This document shows positions 45,711-56,227 of a stretch of DNA of 64,000 nucleotides, piece by piece. The notes beneath the pieces are model-generated. The model was not told where the DNA came from and did not search any database. It saw nothing but the letters and a program-made list of their open reading frames with translations. The first letter of the stretch is position 1. Every line of letters begins with the position of its first letter. A program made the translations under genes and the position numbers. Source of the stretch: Anaerolineae bacterium (GTDB lineage: Bacteria; Chloroflexota; Anaerolineae; B4-G1; SLSP01); NCBI GenBank assembly GCA_035347995.1, contig DAOPQD010000007.1:888-64887 (forward strand), written 5' to 3'.

Positions 45711-46640
45711 TCATTCCGAGGCCGGCTCGGAATCTTCCTCCGTCGGTTCCTCTGGCTCTGCCGAGAGCACCTCGACCTCCGTGAGGGGGAAGCGATAATG
45801 CTTGCGCTCGCGGCGCGGGCCGTCGGGCGGGATTTCCACAATCAACTCCGCTTTGAGCGCGTCCCAATCAATCACCCGCCCGATGCCCTCGGAAGTGTGC
45901 ACGCGCGTTTTGCGCTTGGGAAAATCCTTAGCGGAATCCAGATAGACCTGGTGCTCATAGGCCAGGCAGCAGCGCAGGCGCCCGCACATGCCGGTGATGT
46001 CGGTCGGGGCCATGGAAATGGATTGATCCTTCGCCATGCGAATCGAGACGGTGTGAAAATCAGAAAGAAAACGCGCACAGCAACGCGGTTCGCCGCAGAC
46101 GCCGTATCCCCCCAGCATCTTGGCATGATCCCGCGGGCCGACGACGCGCAGATCCACATGACAGCGCAGCCGGGGCGCCAGACGCCGCCGCAGCGCATTC
46201 TGGTCATTGCCCGAAAGAGTCCCCACGCAGAAAACGACGGCTTTCTCGCCGTCGAGGGTGAATTCGACCTGCACCGCCTTGATCTCTTTGAGCCCCAACG
46301 CCTTGATCTCTTCGGCGACGGCCTCCACCGCCCGTTCCCCGCGCTCGCGCAGGTGCTGGTGCCGCGCCATGTCCAGAGCGCTGGCGCGACGCACGATCGG
46401 GCGCAACGTCTCCTCGCCGCAAGTCGCGCATGTCGGCGGCAGGTTCACCGTCACCACTTGCCCCACCTGTAAGCCGTGCGTCGTCTCCACGACCACCCAC
46501 TCGCGCGCCTGGAGGGCGAGCTCTGGGGCGGCCAGGAAGTAGTAGATTTTGCCCACCGGCTGAAAACGCACGGCGACGACGGTCCCCCCCACCACGGCTC
46601 CCGCCGGGGCGCCTTCAGCCTCCAATTTTATGTTTTCCAT
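45711..46640 (-). CDS. PSP1 domain protein (YaaT/RicT-like)
   Basis: GKIYYF...VVVETTHGLQVGQV followed by the PSP1 C-terminal Cys cluster GYGVCGEPRCCARFL...GMCGRLRCCLAYE. Confidence 0.8.
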   Translation of the reverse strand: MENIKLEAEGAPAGAVVGGTVVAVRFQPVGKIYYFLAAPELALQAREWVVVETTHGLQVGQVVTVNLPPTCATCGEETLRPIVRRASALDMARHQHLRERGERAVEAVAEEIKALGLKEIKAVQVEFTLDGEKAVVFCVGTLSGNDQNALRRRLAPRLRCHVDLRVVGPRDHAKMLGGYGVCGEPRCCARFLSDFHTVSIRMAKDQSISMAPTDITGMCGRLRCCLAYEHQVYLDSAKDFPKRKTRVHTSEGIGRVIDWDALKAELIVEIPPDGPRRERKHYRFPLTEVEVLSAEPEEPTEEDSEPASE

Positions 46641-46874
46641 ACGTTTACGTTAAAACTCCGTGTTCGCCGCGGCGAAAGTTATCTGCACCACCGGCCACTC
46701 TCTTATTTCGGATAGATGCGACGTTCTTCGACTATACTGCACAACCTGCATAAAGCAACCGAACTTTGTCAGGAATCGTCTTTTTTATCCCTGGCCTTCA
46801 GGCCGCCTTCCTGCGCCAGGTGGCCAAATGCGATAGCCCAAGAATTCACTTGACGCTGCGGGGATTCGGCTACA

Positions 46875-47369
46875 ATGGAACCCATGCAACACGTTTTCTG
46901 GGTCATCGAAGGCCTGCTGGCCGGGCGTCCCGGTCCTACCGCAGCGCCCTGGAATCCCGCCGAACTGTACGCCGCCGGGATCCGGGCGCTCGTCTCTCTC
47001 GCCGAGGATGACCTGCCCGAGGACCTTTCATCGCAGGGATTCGTCCACTACCGTGCGAAGTTCCCCTCGATCGTGCTGAGTTCACGGAGCCTGCAGCGGG
47101 CCTTCATCTACGAGGCGCTGAAAGTGTGGGCCTTCATTGACCTTCAGCTGCGCGCGGGGAATCCCACCCTGGTCCATTGCTATATGGGGCAGGATCGCAC
47201 AGGCGCGATTCTCGCTGGCTACCTGGTCATCTACAGGAACATGACGCCCGACGAGGCCATCGCCCGCGTGCGCAGCGTCCGCCCTACCGCCATGGCAGCC
47301 GAAGGCTACGAGGCAGCCGTGCGCTTATTGGAGCCAGGGGTCCTGCCCGATCCCCGCACGCTGTTGTAA
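46875..47369 (+). CDS. dual-specificity / tyrosine protein phosphatase family protein
   Basis: The active-site loop is HCYMGQDRTG (HCX5R). The start could be ATG 46884 instead. Confidence 0.75.
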   Translation: MEPMQHVFWVIEGLLAGRPGPTAAPWNPAELYAAGIRALVSLAEDDLPEDLSSQGFVHYRAKFPSIVLSSRSLQRAFIYEALKVWAFIDLQLRAGNPTLVHCYMGQDRTGAILAGYLVIYRNMTPDEAIARVRSVRPTAMAAEGYEAAVRLLEPGVLPDPRTLL

Positions 47370-47506
47370 GATGCGAGGCGTAGGGCGTGAAACGTGGATG
47401 AGCCGGGGGCCGTGCGCCGTTCGGACATTCTTTCGCTCACCCCTCATCGCCTCCACCCACGGTTTTGGTTAGCAGGGTTGGAATACCCGTTCCGTCGTAA
47501 AATCCT

Positions 47507-47944
47507 CTAGCGTTTCACCCGGCCCCCCGGAAACAGACGCGGGATCTCGATCGCCATGCAGCGATCCTGCACAAAGGGAATCCCCGCGGCTTCTGCCAGC
47601 GCTCGCGCCGTCTCGTTCACGATTCCCAACTGCAGCCAGATCAACGCCACATCACCACGAGCCGTGTGCCGCGCGAGCGCTTCCTCCACGACCGGCAGGG
47701 CGTCCTCCGAGGGACGGAACACCTCCACAATGTCAATGGACTCCGGGATGTCCAGGAGGCTGCGGTAACACCGCCGCTCCAGAATCGTCTCGGCGTGCGG
47801 ATTCACCGGAATCACCTCGAAGCCTTCGGTGAGCAGATAGGCCGGCACGCGATGAGCGGCCTTGGTGGGATTGGTGGACATCCCCACCACAGCGACCGTG
47901 TTCAACCGTTCCAACAACGCTTTCAGTTCTGTGTCGTTCAACAT
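47507..47944 (-). CDS. CoA-binding domain protein (YccU/YneT-like)
   Basis: Start ATG 47944 (MLNDTELKALL). VAVVGMSTNPTKAAHRVPAYLL..GFEVIPVNP is the CoA_binding_2 pattern. Confidence 0.8.
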   Translation of the reverse strand: MLNDTELKALLERLNTVAVVGMSTNPTKAAHRVPAYLLTEGFEVIPVNPHAETILERRCYRSLLDIPESIDIVEVFRPSEDALPVVEEALARHTARGDVALIWLQLGIVNETARALAEAAGIPFVQDRCMAIEIPRLFPGGRVKR

Positions 47945-48080
47945 CGTTTCCTCCCGCGAGTCTGTGAGATGTGAACCGTGAGTTTCAAGTCGTTTCAAAA
48001 GGGAACTTCATCACTGTTCACCACTCACGACGTCCTGCTCCCTAAACAGTATAACCCGAATCACGCTCCCTTCAACTCTG

Positions 48081-48108
48081 TTGACAATCCGGCGGGCTGG
48101 ACTACAGT
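48081..48108 (+). promoter_or_regulatory. candidate pepF promoter TTGACA-16-TACAGT
   Basis: TTGACA at 48081-48086 and TACAGT at 48103-48108. The predicted start falls at the first bases of the repeat motif beginning at 48111. Confidence 0.5.
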
Positions 48109-48110
48109 TT

Positions 48111-48170
48111 GGCTGGGGATGGAATTCCCCGCCTGACGCGAGCCAACCGCGCTGAAGCGCATTGTTGGGG
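48111..48170 (+). repeat. 57-60-nt leader motif GGCTGGGGATGGAATTCCCCGCCTGACGCGAGCCAACCGCGCTGAAGCGC...
   Basis: The same motif with a few substitutions occurs at 57376-57435 and 57590-57649. It contains two small hairpins, GGGGA-TGGAAT-TCCCC and GCGC-TGAA-GCGC. Confidence 0.8.
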
Positions 48171-48269
48171 GAGCTCGCTTCAGCGAACTTGACCTGCCAG
48201 ACCCGGAATTCATTCCGGGGCGGCCTGAAGTTCGCGGTACTCGCCTATTTTCTGAAGGAGAACCCTACC

Positions 48270-50078
<1,809 letters not shown>

Positions 50079-50146
50079 TTCCGCAGCTCTAAAAACACGG
50101 GGGACGCGCGGCAGATGAATGAGGCCGGCGTCCTCCGTGTTCCTGT

Positions 50147-50938
50147 GTGAAAATCATGACGACAGAACTGACGCTACTCTCGTGGAACGTCAACGGCCTG
50201 CGAGCGGCCGTGCGCAAGGGATTCCTGGCGTGGTTTCAACAGGCCGCGCCCGATGTGCTGTGCCTGCAAGAAACCCGCGTCGAAGAGGCCCTCTTGCCGG
50301 CGGAAATCGCCCGGTTGACCGGCTATGACGCCTACTGGCACGCGGCGCAAGCGCGCAAGGGCTACAGCGGCACGGGCCTGCTCACCCGTCTGCGCCCCCT
50401 GGAGGTACAAACCGGCCTGGGCATCCCCGAATTCGACCAGGAGGGCCGCACCCAGATTGCCCGCTACGCGACCTTCACGCTGCTCAACGGCTACTTCCCC
50501 AACGGGCGCCGCGATCAACAGCGTGTGGACTTCAAGCTGGCCTTCTACGAGGCCTTCCTGGAGCGCTGTGAGGCATTGCGCCGCGCGGGCCAGGCGGTGA
50601 TCTTCTGTGGGGACGTCAACACCGCACACCGTCCCATTGATCTCACCCACCCAGGCCCCAACCGCAACACGTCGGGCTTTCTGCCGGAGGAGCGCGCCTG
50701 GATGGACCGCTTCATCGAGGCGGGGTATGTGGACACCTTCCGCCATTTCCATCCCGACGCGGCGGAACAGTATACCTGGTGGTCGCAAGCGACCCGCGCC
50801 CGCGAGCGCAACGTCGGCTGGCGCATTGACTATTTCTTCGTCGCCGCTGAGGTCCTGCCGCGTGTGCGCGACGCCTTCATCCTGCCGGAAGTCATGGGCA
50901 GCGATCACTGCCCGGTGGGGATAGTGCTGGAGGTCTGA
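50147..50938 (+). CDS. xthA: exodeoxyribonuclease III
   Basis: LLSWNVNGLRA...LCLQETR...DHCPV are EEP/ExoIII motifs. Confidence 0.9.
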   Translation: MKIMTTELTLLSWNVNGLRAAVRKGFLAWFQQAAPDVLCLQETRVEEALLPAEIARLTGYDAYWHAAQARKGYSGTGLLTRLRPLEVQTGLGIPEFDQEGRTQIARYATFTLLNGYFPNGRRDQQRVDFKLAFYEAFLERCEALRRAGQAVIFCGDVNTAHRPIDLTHPGPNRNTSGFLPEERAWMDRFIEAGYVDTFRHFHPDAAEQYTWWSQATRARERNVGWRIDYFFVAAEVLPRVRDAFILPEVMGSDHCPVGIVLEV

Positions 50939-50977
50939 AGCTGCGCGTTCCCTTCACGCCCTTTGCCTGACCGGGTC

Positions 50978-52099
50978 TCAGTCTTGGGCGACGGAGGGCC
51001 GCTTCCGCAACCGCTGCGTGAGGTGATACGCTGCCATCCCCGCCAGATAGCCCAGCGCCATGTTGCTCAGCACGGAGACGAGCACCGTCAGCGCCACAAA
51101 GAGGAGCTCCTCATTCCACGAGAGGGCCTTTGCCCCCTTGAGCAGCTGCAGTCCCACATAGCACAGCATCGCGCCGATGATGGCCTGCGGGAAGACGGAG
51201 AAGAGCTGCGCGATGGAAGGGGAGAGAAACAATCCCAGCGCGATCTCGATGCTGCCCTCCAGCACGTTCGCACCGCCCGTCCGCGCGCCAAAAGCGTACT
51301 GGCCCGCGAGTCCCCCCGCTCCATGGCAGAGCGGGAAGCCGCCGAAAAAGGGGACGATCACGTTGATGAAGCCGTGGTTCAACGCCAGTTTGCGTTCCGC
51401 CACCGGATGTTCCGGCCAATAAGTCTTGATGAGGGCCGCCGTAGCGATCACCGCGTTAGCAGCCGTGAGGGGAATCTGCGCCAGCCCCGCCTGTAAGAAC
51501 GCCTGCCACATCTCGGCGAGGGTGAAGGACGTGAGCGGCGGCAGCTGCAGTCGCGGCGGTGCGATCCCGCGCAGCTCGCCCCGGAAAAACGCGAGGCCCA
51601 GTCCCAACGCCATCAGCACCAGGCCGGCCGGCGCGAAGCGATTGTCGCGCAGCAGCAGGATCAACGCCAGCGCGACGACGCTCCACAGCCATCCCGTCGC
51701 CATCATGCGGAACGCCTGCACGAGCAGCAACGCCGCCAGCGAGAACTGAATCCCACGGACGATGCACGGCGGGGTGTACCGGGCAATCCAGTCCACCACC
51801 CCCGTCGCGGCGAAAAGCAGCCACACCAGCCCCATCGTGAAACCCGCCGCATAGATCATCGAGGGCGGCCACGCCTGCGCGATCGCCACCGCTGCGATGG
51901 CCTTCATCGGCTCGATAGGCAACGGCAGATGATAGACCAGCCCGGTCACGAGGTTCGCCAGTCCCATCAGCACCAGGAACCCGGCAGGATTCATCCCACA
52001 CACCGCGATGTAGCCCACGGAGAGGGGGAAAAGCGTGCCAAAATCCCCCATCGCGCCGCTCAATTCGCGCAGGCTGAACTCGAAGGATTTGATTTTCAT
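50978..52099 (-). CDS. putative sulfate/molybdate (oxyanion) transporter, MOT1/SulP-related, no STAS domain
   Basis: 373 aa, polytopic. N-terminal ELSGAMGDFGTLFPL is the pattern I associate with the MOT1-like oxyanion transporter family. Confidence 0.6.
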   Translation of the reverse strand: MKIKSFEFSLRELSGAMGDFGTLFPLSVGYIAVCGMNPAGFLVLMGLANLVTGLVYHLPLPIEPMKAIAAVAIAQAWPPSMIYAAGFTMGLVWLLFAATGVVDWIARYTPPCIVRGIQFSLAALLLVQAFRMMATGWLWSVVALALILLLRDNRFAPAGLVLMALGLGLAFFRGELRGIAPPRLQLPPLTSFTLAEMWQAFLQAGLAQIPLTAANAVIATAALIKTYWPEHPVAERKLALNHGFINVIVPFFGGFPLCHGAGGLAGQYAFGARTGGANVLEGSIEIALGLFLSPSIAQLFSVFPQAIIGAMLCYVGLQLLKGAKALSWNEELLFVALTVLVSVLSNMALGYLAGMAAYHLTQRLRKRPSVAQD

Positions 52100-52383
52100 G
52101 TCCGGCCTCCACGCTGCCGCATGGCTGGTTGCTGGTTGCTGGTGGCCATAGTGTAGTACAATTTAAGGAGTCGGCAAAAATCCCCTGGCTCTGGCTTTTA
52201 ACTTGACATAAGTATTAGTTGGCAAGCCTTGAGTAGAGTGCCGTCGCAGTTTCTGCCACCCGTTCACACGTTCGTTTCCACGTCGCCACGCTGGTTTCAT
52301 CCTCGCTGGTGCCCGACGGGACAGGGAGTATTTCAAGTTGGGGGAAAAGGGCAGATAATGGCCTATAAAATGCGGGTCACCCC

Positions 52384-52412
52384 TTGACAATTTGGGGGAA
52401 GTGGATTATAGT
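52384..52412 (+). promoter_or_regulatory. near-consensus promoter TTGACA-17-TATAGT upstream of csoR
   Basis: TTGACA at 52384-52389, a 17-nt spacer and TATAGT at 52407-52412. Confidence 0.6.
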
Positions 52413-52417
52413 ATGTT

Positions 52418-52443
52418 TATCCCCCCCCAGGTGGGGGGGGATA
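52418..52443 (+). promoter_or_regulatory. CsoR-type operator: TATCCCCCCCC-AGGT-GGGGGGGGATA
   Basis: Perfect 11-bp inverted arms with G/C tracts lie 6 nt downstream of the -10 box. This resembles GC-tract pseudopalindromes bound by CsoR family repressors. Confidence 0.6.
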
Positions 52444-52462
52444 GATCAACAAGGAGAAGGAG

Positions 52463-52771
52463 ATGGACACACACGACTCTGCCGCTCACCTGCATCATGG
52501 CGCACACCATGAGGCGGCCCTGCGTCAGCTCAAGACGACGGAGGGACACTTGCGCGGCATTCAACGGATGCTGGAAGAGGACGCCTACTGCATAGACGTT
52601 ATCCGTCAGATTCAGGCGGCACAGGCAGCGTTGAACAAGATCAGCGTGCAGATTCTTGAGGAACACCTCAACTCGTGCGTCATCACTGCCGTGCGTGGCG
52701 AGGATCCCCAAGAGCGCGAGCGTGTGCTCAAAGAAATCAGCGATGTATTTGAAGCGGCAACCAAGGTCTGA
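52463..52771 (+). CDS. csoR: CsoR/RcnR family metal-sensing transcriptional repressor (copper-type C-H-C ligands)
   Basis: 102 aa. GHLRGIQRMLEEDAYCIDVIRQI...HLNSC is present. The N-terminal tail is His-rich (HDSAAHLHHGAHHE). Confidence 0.85.
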   Translation: MDTHDSAAHLHHGAHHEAALRQLKTTEGHLRGIQRMLEEDAYCIDVIRQIQAAQAALNKISVQILEEHLNSCVITAVRGEDPQERERVLKEISDVFEAATKV

Positions 52772-52828
52772 AGTTTCTCGAAGGTCTTGAATCGGACAAT
52801 CTATCTATCGTCAATGGAGATGACAGAA

Positions 52829-53311
52829 ATGGACAAGAGAGCACGTTATCTATTAGCAGCAATCCGCATCGGCTTGGGATGGATTTTTTTCTGGGCTTTT
52901 CTCGATAAACTCTTTGGCTTGGGACGCTCCACCGCTCCAGAAGACGCCTGGTTGGCCGGCGGGTCGCCGACGGCGGGCTTTCTGGGGTTTGCGACGCAGG
53001 GGCCGTTGGCAGAGCTATACAAAAGCATCGCCGGGAGCCCCGTCGTGGATACGCTGTTCATGATAGGACTGTTGGGGCTGGGAGTGGCGCTTCTGTTGGG
53101 CATCGGCCTCAAGATCGCCGGCACCGCCGGGCCGTTCATGATGCTGTTGATGTGGGCGGCGCAATTGCCGCCCGCGACGAACCCGCTCATTGACAATCAC
53201 ATCATCTTCGCGCTGCTGCTGATGCTGTTCCCGGTGGTCAAGGCCGGACACACCCTGGGGTTGGGCGCCTGGTGGGCCGAGAAAACCCGCACCGCGCCGA
53301 TTTTGCAGTAA
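52829..53311 (+). CDS. DoxX-like membrane protein
   Basis: Start ATG 52829 follows GGAG (the track ORF begins at TTG 52787). Four TM with RIGLGWIFFWAFLDKLFG, as in the DoxX/DoxD family. Confidence 0.6.
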   Translation: MDKRARYLLAAIRIGLGWIFFWAFLDKLFGLGRSTAPEDAWLAGGSPTAGFLGFATQGPLAELYKSIAGSPVVDTLFMIGLLGLGVALLLGIGLKIAGTAGPFMMLLMWAAQLPPATNPLIDNHIIFALLLMLFPVVKAGHTLGLGAWWAEKTRTAPILQ

Positions 53312-53312
53312 G

Positions 53313-53395
53313 AGTAAGGGGTAAAGGGTAATGGATAAAGAGGTGATCCGTCATCTCAACACTCATCACCCATCACCCATCACCCATCACCCATC
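53313..53395. repeat. GGGTRAT/ATCACCC heptamer hairpin element
   Basis: GTAAGGGGTAAAGGGTAATGG...GGTGAT...CATCACCCATCACCCATCACCCATCACCCATC lies between doxX-like and copZ. Confidence 0.85.
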
Positions 53396-53410
53396 TATGG
53401 AGTAAAAAAC

Positions 53411-53614
53411 ATGACGACCGTAACTTATACCGTACCCAATATCTCTTGTGGGCATTGTGTCCGCACTATTCAGAATGAGGTAGCGGAACTCGAGGGCGTT
53501 CGCGCGGTGAAGGCCGACCTCGGCACCAAGTCGGTCGAAATCACCTTCGATGCCCCGGCGACGGAAGAAGCGATCAAGGCCCTGCTGGCAGAGATCAACT
53601 ATCCGGTAGCGTGA
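53411..53614 (+). CDS. copZ: heavy-metal-associated domain copper chaperone
   Basis: 67 aa with the metal-binding motif SCGHC in the HMA fold context (YTVPNISCGHCVRTIQNEV). Confidence 0.85.
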   Translation: MTTVTYTVPNISCGHCVRTIQNEVAELEGVRAVKADLGTKSVEITFDAPATEEAIKALLAEINYPVA

Positions 53615-53617
53615 CAG

Positions 53618-53680
53618 AGTAATGAAAAATGGGTAATGGGTGAAATTTCCTCATCACCCATTACCCGTTACCTATCACCC
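53618..53680. repeat. GGGTRAT/ATCACCC heptamer hairpin element
   Basis: ATGGGTAATGGGTGA-N10-TCACCCATTACCCGT (14/15 complementary), between copZ and copA. Confidence 0.85.
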
Positions 53681-53695
53681 CGTTTCTGAGGTTAT

Positions 53696-56185
53696 ATGCC
53701 TGAGACCAAACACTTAACCCTTCCCGTCACCGGTATGACGTGCGCAAACTGCGTGGCGACAATCGAACGCAGCTTGAAGCGGCAGCCGGGCGTGCAGGAT
53801 GCCGTGGTGAACCTCTCGTCGGAGCGCGCGACAGTGATCTTCGACCCGACGCTGGTGGACCTCTCCACCCTCACCGCACGCATCGAGCGCGCCGGCTACG
53901 GCATCGCTACCGGTGAGGCCGAGCTCAGCATCAAGCGGCTTGCCGATGCTAACGACGCCCGGCGGCTCGAAAAAGCTCTGCTCCAGCTCGAGGGCGTGCT
54001 GGAAGCGCAGGTCTCGCTGGCGACAGAAAAGGCCCGCGTGCGCTACGTGCCCACCCTCGTCAGCCAGGCGGAGCTCCGCAAAACCGTGGCACAGGCCGGC
54101 TTCGAGGCGTTGGAACTCGGCGGCGAGGCCGAGGACGCCGAAGCCAAAGCCCGCGCTGATGAAATCGCCCGTCAAAAGCGGATGCTCATCATCGGCCTGA
54201 TCTTTACGGTGCCACTGTTCCTCTTCTCGATGGCGCGCGACCTGGGCCTGCTCGGCATGTGGGCGCACGCCGATGGGGTCCATTGGGTGATGCTGGCATT
54301 CGCGACGCCGGTGCAATTCTACGTCGGCGCGCAGTACTACGTCGGCGCGTACAAGGCACTGCGCAATCGCTCCGCCAACATGGACGTCCTCATCGCGCTC
54401 GGCACGACGGCGGCCTATCTCTATTCGTTGCCCATCGTCTTCGGCTGGCTGGAGGGACACGTCTACCTGGAAACTTCCGCCGTCATCATCACCCTGGTGC
54501 GCCTGGGCAAGCTCCTGGAGGCCCGCGCCAAAGGGGGCGCCTCCGAGGCGATCAAGAAGCTGCTGGGATTGCGGCCCAAAACGGCGCAGGTGTTGCGTGA
54601 CGGGATCGAGATGGAAGTGCCAGTAGACGACGTACGGGTGGGGGATGTGGTGCTCGTGCGCCCCGGCGAAAAAATCCCCGTGGACGGCGTCGTCATCGAG
54701 GGACGCTCAGCGGTGGATGAATCCATGCTCACCGGCGAATCGCTGCCGGTGGAGAAAGGGCCGGGCGACCCCGTTATCGGCGCCACGCTGAACAAGCTGG
54801 GCCTGCTCAAGTTCGAGGCGACGAAGGTGGGACGCGAGACGGCGCTGGCGCAGATCGTCCACCTGGTGGAAGAGGCCCAGGGCAGCAAGGCGCCCATCCA
54901 GCGGCTGGCTGACCAAATTTCAGCGGTGTTTGTGCCCCTCGTCATCGCCATCGCCGCGCTCACATTCCTGGGCTGGCTCTTCTTCGGCCCGCCGCTGCCG
55001 GCGAATGCCGACACCAACGCCTTCACCCGCGCGCTCATCAACATGGTGGCGGTGCTCGTCATCGCCTGCCCCTGCGCCATGGGCCTGGCGACGCCGACGG
55101 CAGTGATGGTGGGGACAGGCCGGGGCGCGGAATTGGGCGTCCTGCTCAAGAACGGCGAGGCCCTGGAACGCGCCGGCCACATCTCCGTGATCGTGTTGGA
55201 CAAGACCGGCACGCTCACCAAAGGCCAACCGGCAGTGACGGACGTGGTCATGAGTAACGGGTCAGAGGTGATGGGTGATATGTCCCCCCTTACCCATTAC
55301 CCATCACCCATCACCCCAGACGAACTCCTTTGCCTCGCCGCCTCCGTCGAGAAAGGCTCCGAGCATCCCCTGGGGGAGGCCATCTGGGCCGAAGCGACGA
55401 CGCGCGGGCTGACCCTGGCAGAGCCGACGGGCTTTCGGGCCGAGGCCGGGCGCGGCGTCAGCGCGGAGGTCGCAGGCCACAGCGTCGCGGTGGGCAATGT
55501 GCGCATGATGGAAGAACGCGGCTATCCGCTCAACGGGCTGCTCTCAGAGGTAGAACGCCTGCAGGCAGAGGCGAAAACTGCCATGCTGGTCGCTGTGGAT
55601 GGTGGGGTGCGCGGCGTCATTGCCGTGGCAGACACCCTGAAAGACGGCTCCGTTGAGGCCATTGCCGATCTGAAACGCCTGGGGCTGGAAGTGATCATGC
55701 TCACCGGCGACAATCGTCAGACCGCCGAAGCCATCGCCAAGCAGGCGGGCATCGAGCGGGTGCTGGCGGAGGTGCTGCCCGAAGGCAAAGCCGCTGCCAT
55801 CAAGCAGCTGCAGACGCCGACCGAAGGCGCCAAAGCCGCCCCCGTCGTGGCGATGGTAGGCGACGGCGTCAACGACGCGCCGGCGCTCGCACAAGCCGAC
55901 GTGGGCATCGCCATCGGGACGGGAACGGACGTCGCCATTGCCGCCGCGCCGATCACCCTCATGTCCGGCGATCTGCGCGGCGTGGTGCGGGCGATCGCGC
56001 TCTCGCGCAAGACCCTGCGCACCATCAAGCAGAACCTGTTCTGGGCCTTCTTCTACAACGTCATCCTGATCCCGACCGCGGCGCTGGGCCTGCTCAACCC
56101 CATGCTTGCGGCGGGGGCGATGTCGTTCAGCAGCGTGTTTGTGGTCACCAATAGCCTGCGGCTGAAAAGGGCGCCCCTCGAATAG
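53696..56185 (+). CDS. copA: copper-translocating P1B-type ATPase
   Basis: Two N-terminal HMA domains are present (the first has GMTCANC; the second has lost the Cys pair), plus CPC in TM6, [15 protein letters not shown] and SEHPLGEAI. 829 aa. Confidence 0.92.
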   Translation: MPETKHLTLPVTGMTCANCVATIERSLKRQPGVQDAVVNLSSERATVIFDPTLVDLSTLTARIERAGYGIATGEAELSIKRLADANDARRLEKALLQLEGVLEAQVSLATEKARVRYVPTLVSQAELRKTVAQAGFEALELGGEAEDAEAKARADEIARQKRMLIIGLIFTVPLFLFSMARDLGLLGMWAHADGVHWVMLAFATPVQFYVGAQYYVGAYKALRNRSANMDVLIALGTTAAYLYSLPIVFGWLEGHVYLETSAVIITLVRLGKLLEARAKGGASEAIKKLLGLRPKTAQVLRDGIEMEVPVDDVRVGDVVLVRPGEKIPVDGVVIEGRSAVDESMLTGESLPVEKGPGDPVIGATLNKLGLLKFEATKVGRETALAQIVHLVEEAQGSKAPIQRLADQISAVFVPLVIAIAALTFLGWLFFGPPLPANADTNAFTRALINMVAVLVIACPCAMGLATPTAVMVGTGRGAELGVLLKNGEALERAGHISVIVLDKTGTLTKGQPAVTDVVMSNGSEVMGDMSPLTHYPSPITPDELLCLAASVEKGSEHPLGEAIWAEATTRGLTLAEPTGFRAEAGRGVSAEVAGHSVAVGNVRMMEERGYPLNGLLSEVERLQAEAKTAMLVAVDGGVRGVIAVADTLKDGSVEAIADLKRLGLEVIMLTGDNRQTAEAIAKQAGIERVLAEVLPEGKAAAIKQLQTPTEGAKAAPVVAMVGDGVNDAPALAQADVGIAIGTGTDVAIAAAPITLMSGDLRGVVRAIALSRKTLRTIKQNLFWAFFYNVILIPTAALGLLNPMLAAGAMSFSSVFVVTNSLRLKRAPLE
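55267..55315. repeat. GGGTGAT hairpin element located inside the copA reading frame
   Basis: GGTGATGGGTGAT (55267-55279) is perfectly complementary to ATCACCCATCACC (55303-55315). The loop contains TTACCCATTACCC. The element is translated as ...[17 protein letters not shown]... Confidence 0.9.
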
Positions 56186-56227
56186 CAAACGCCGGCCGTT
56201 TACCCATAGTATCGAGAGGTCACTCGC

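Noticed and set aside
52163-52390. 75-aa ORF between the oxyanion permease and csoR
   Set aside because: It has no RBS and an odd composition, and it overlaps the csoR promoter region. It is most likely non-coding.
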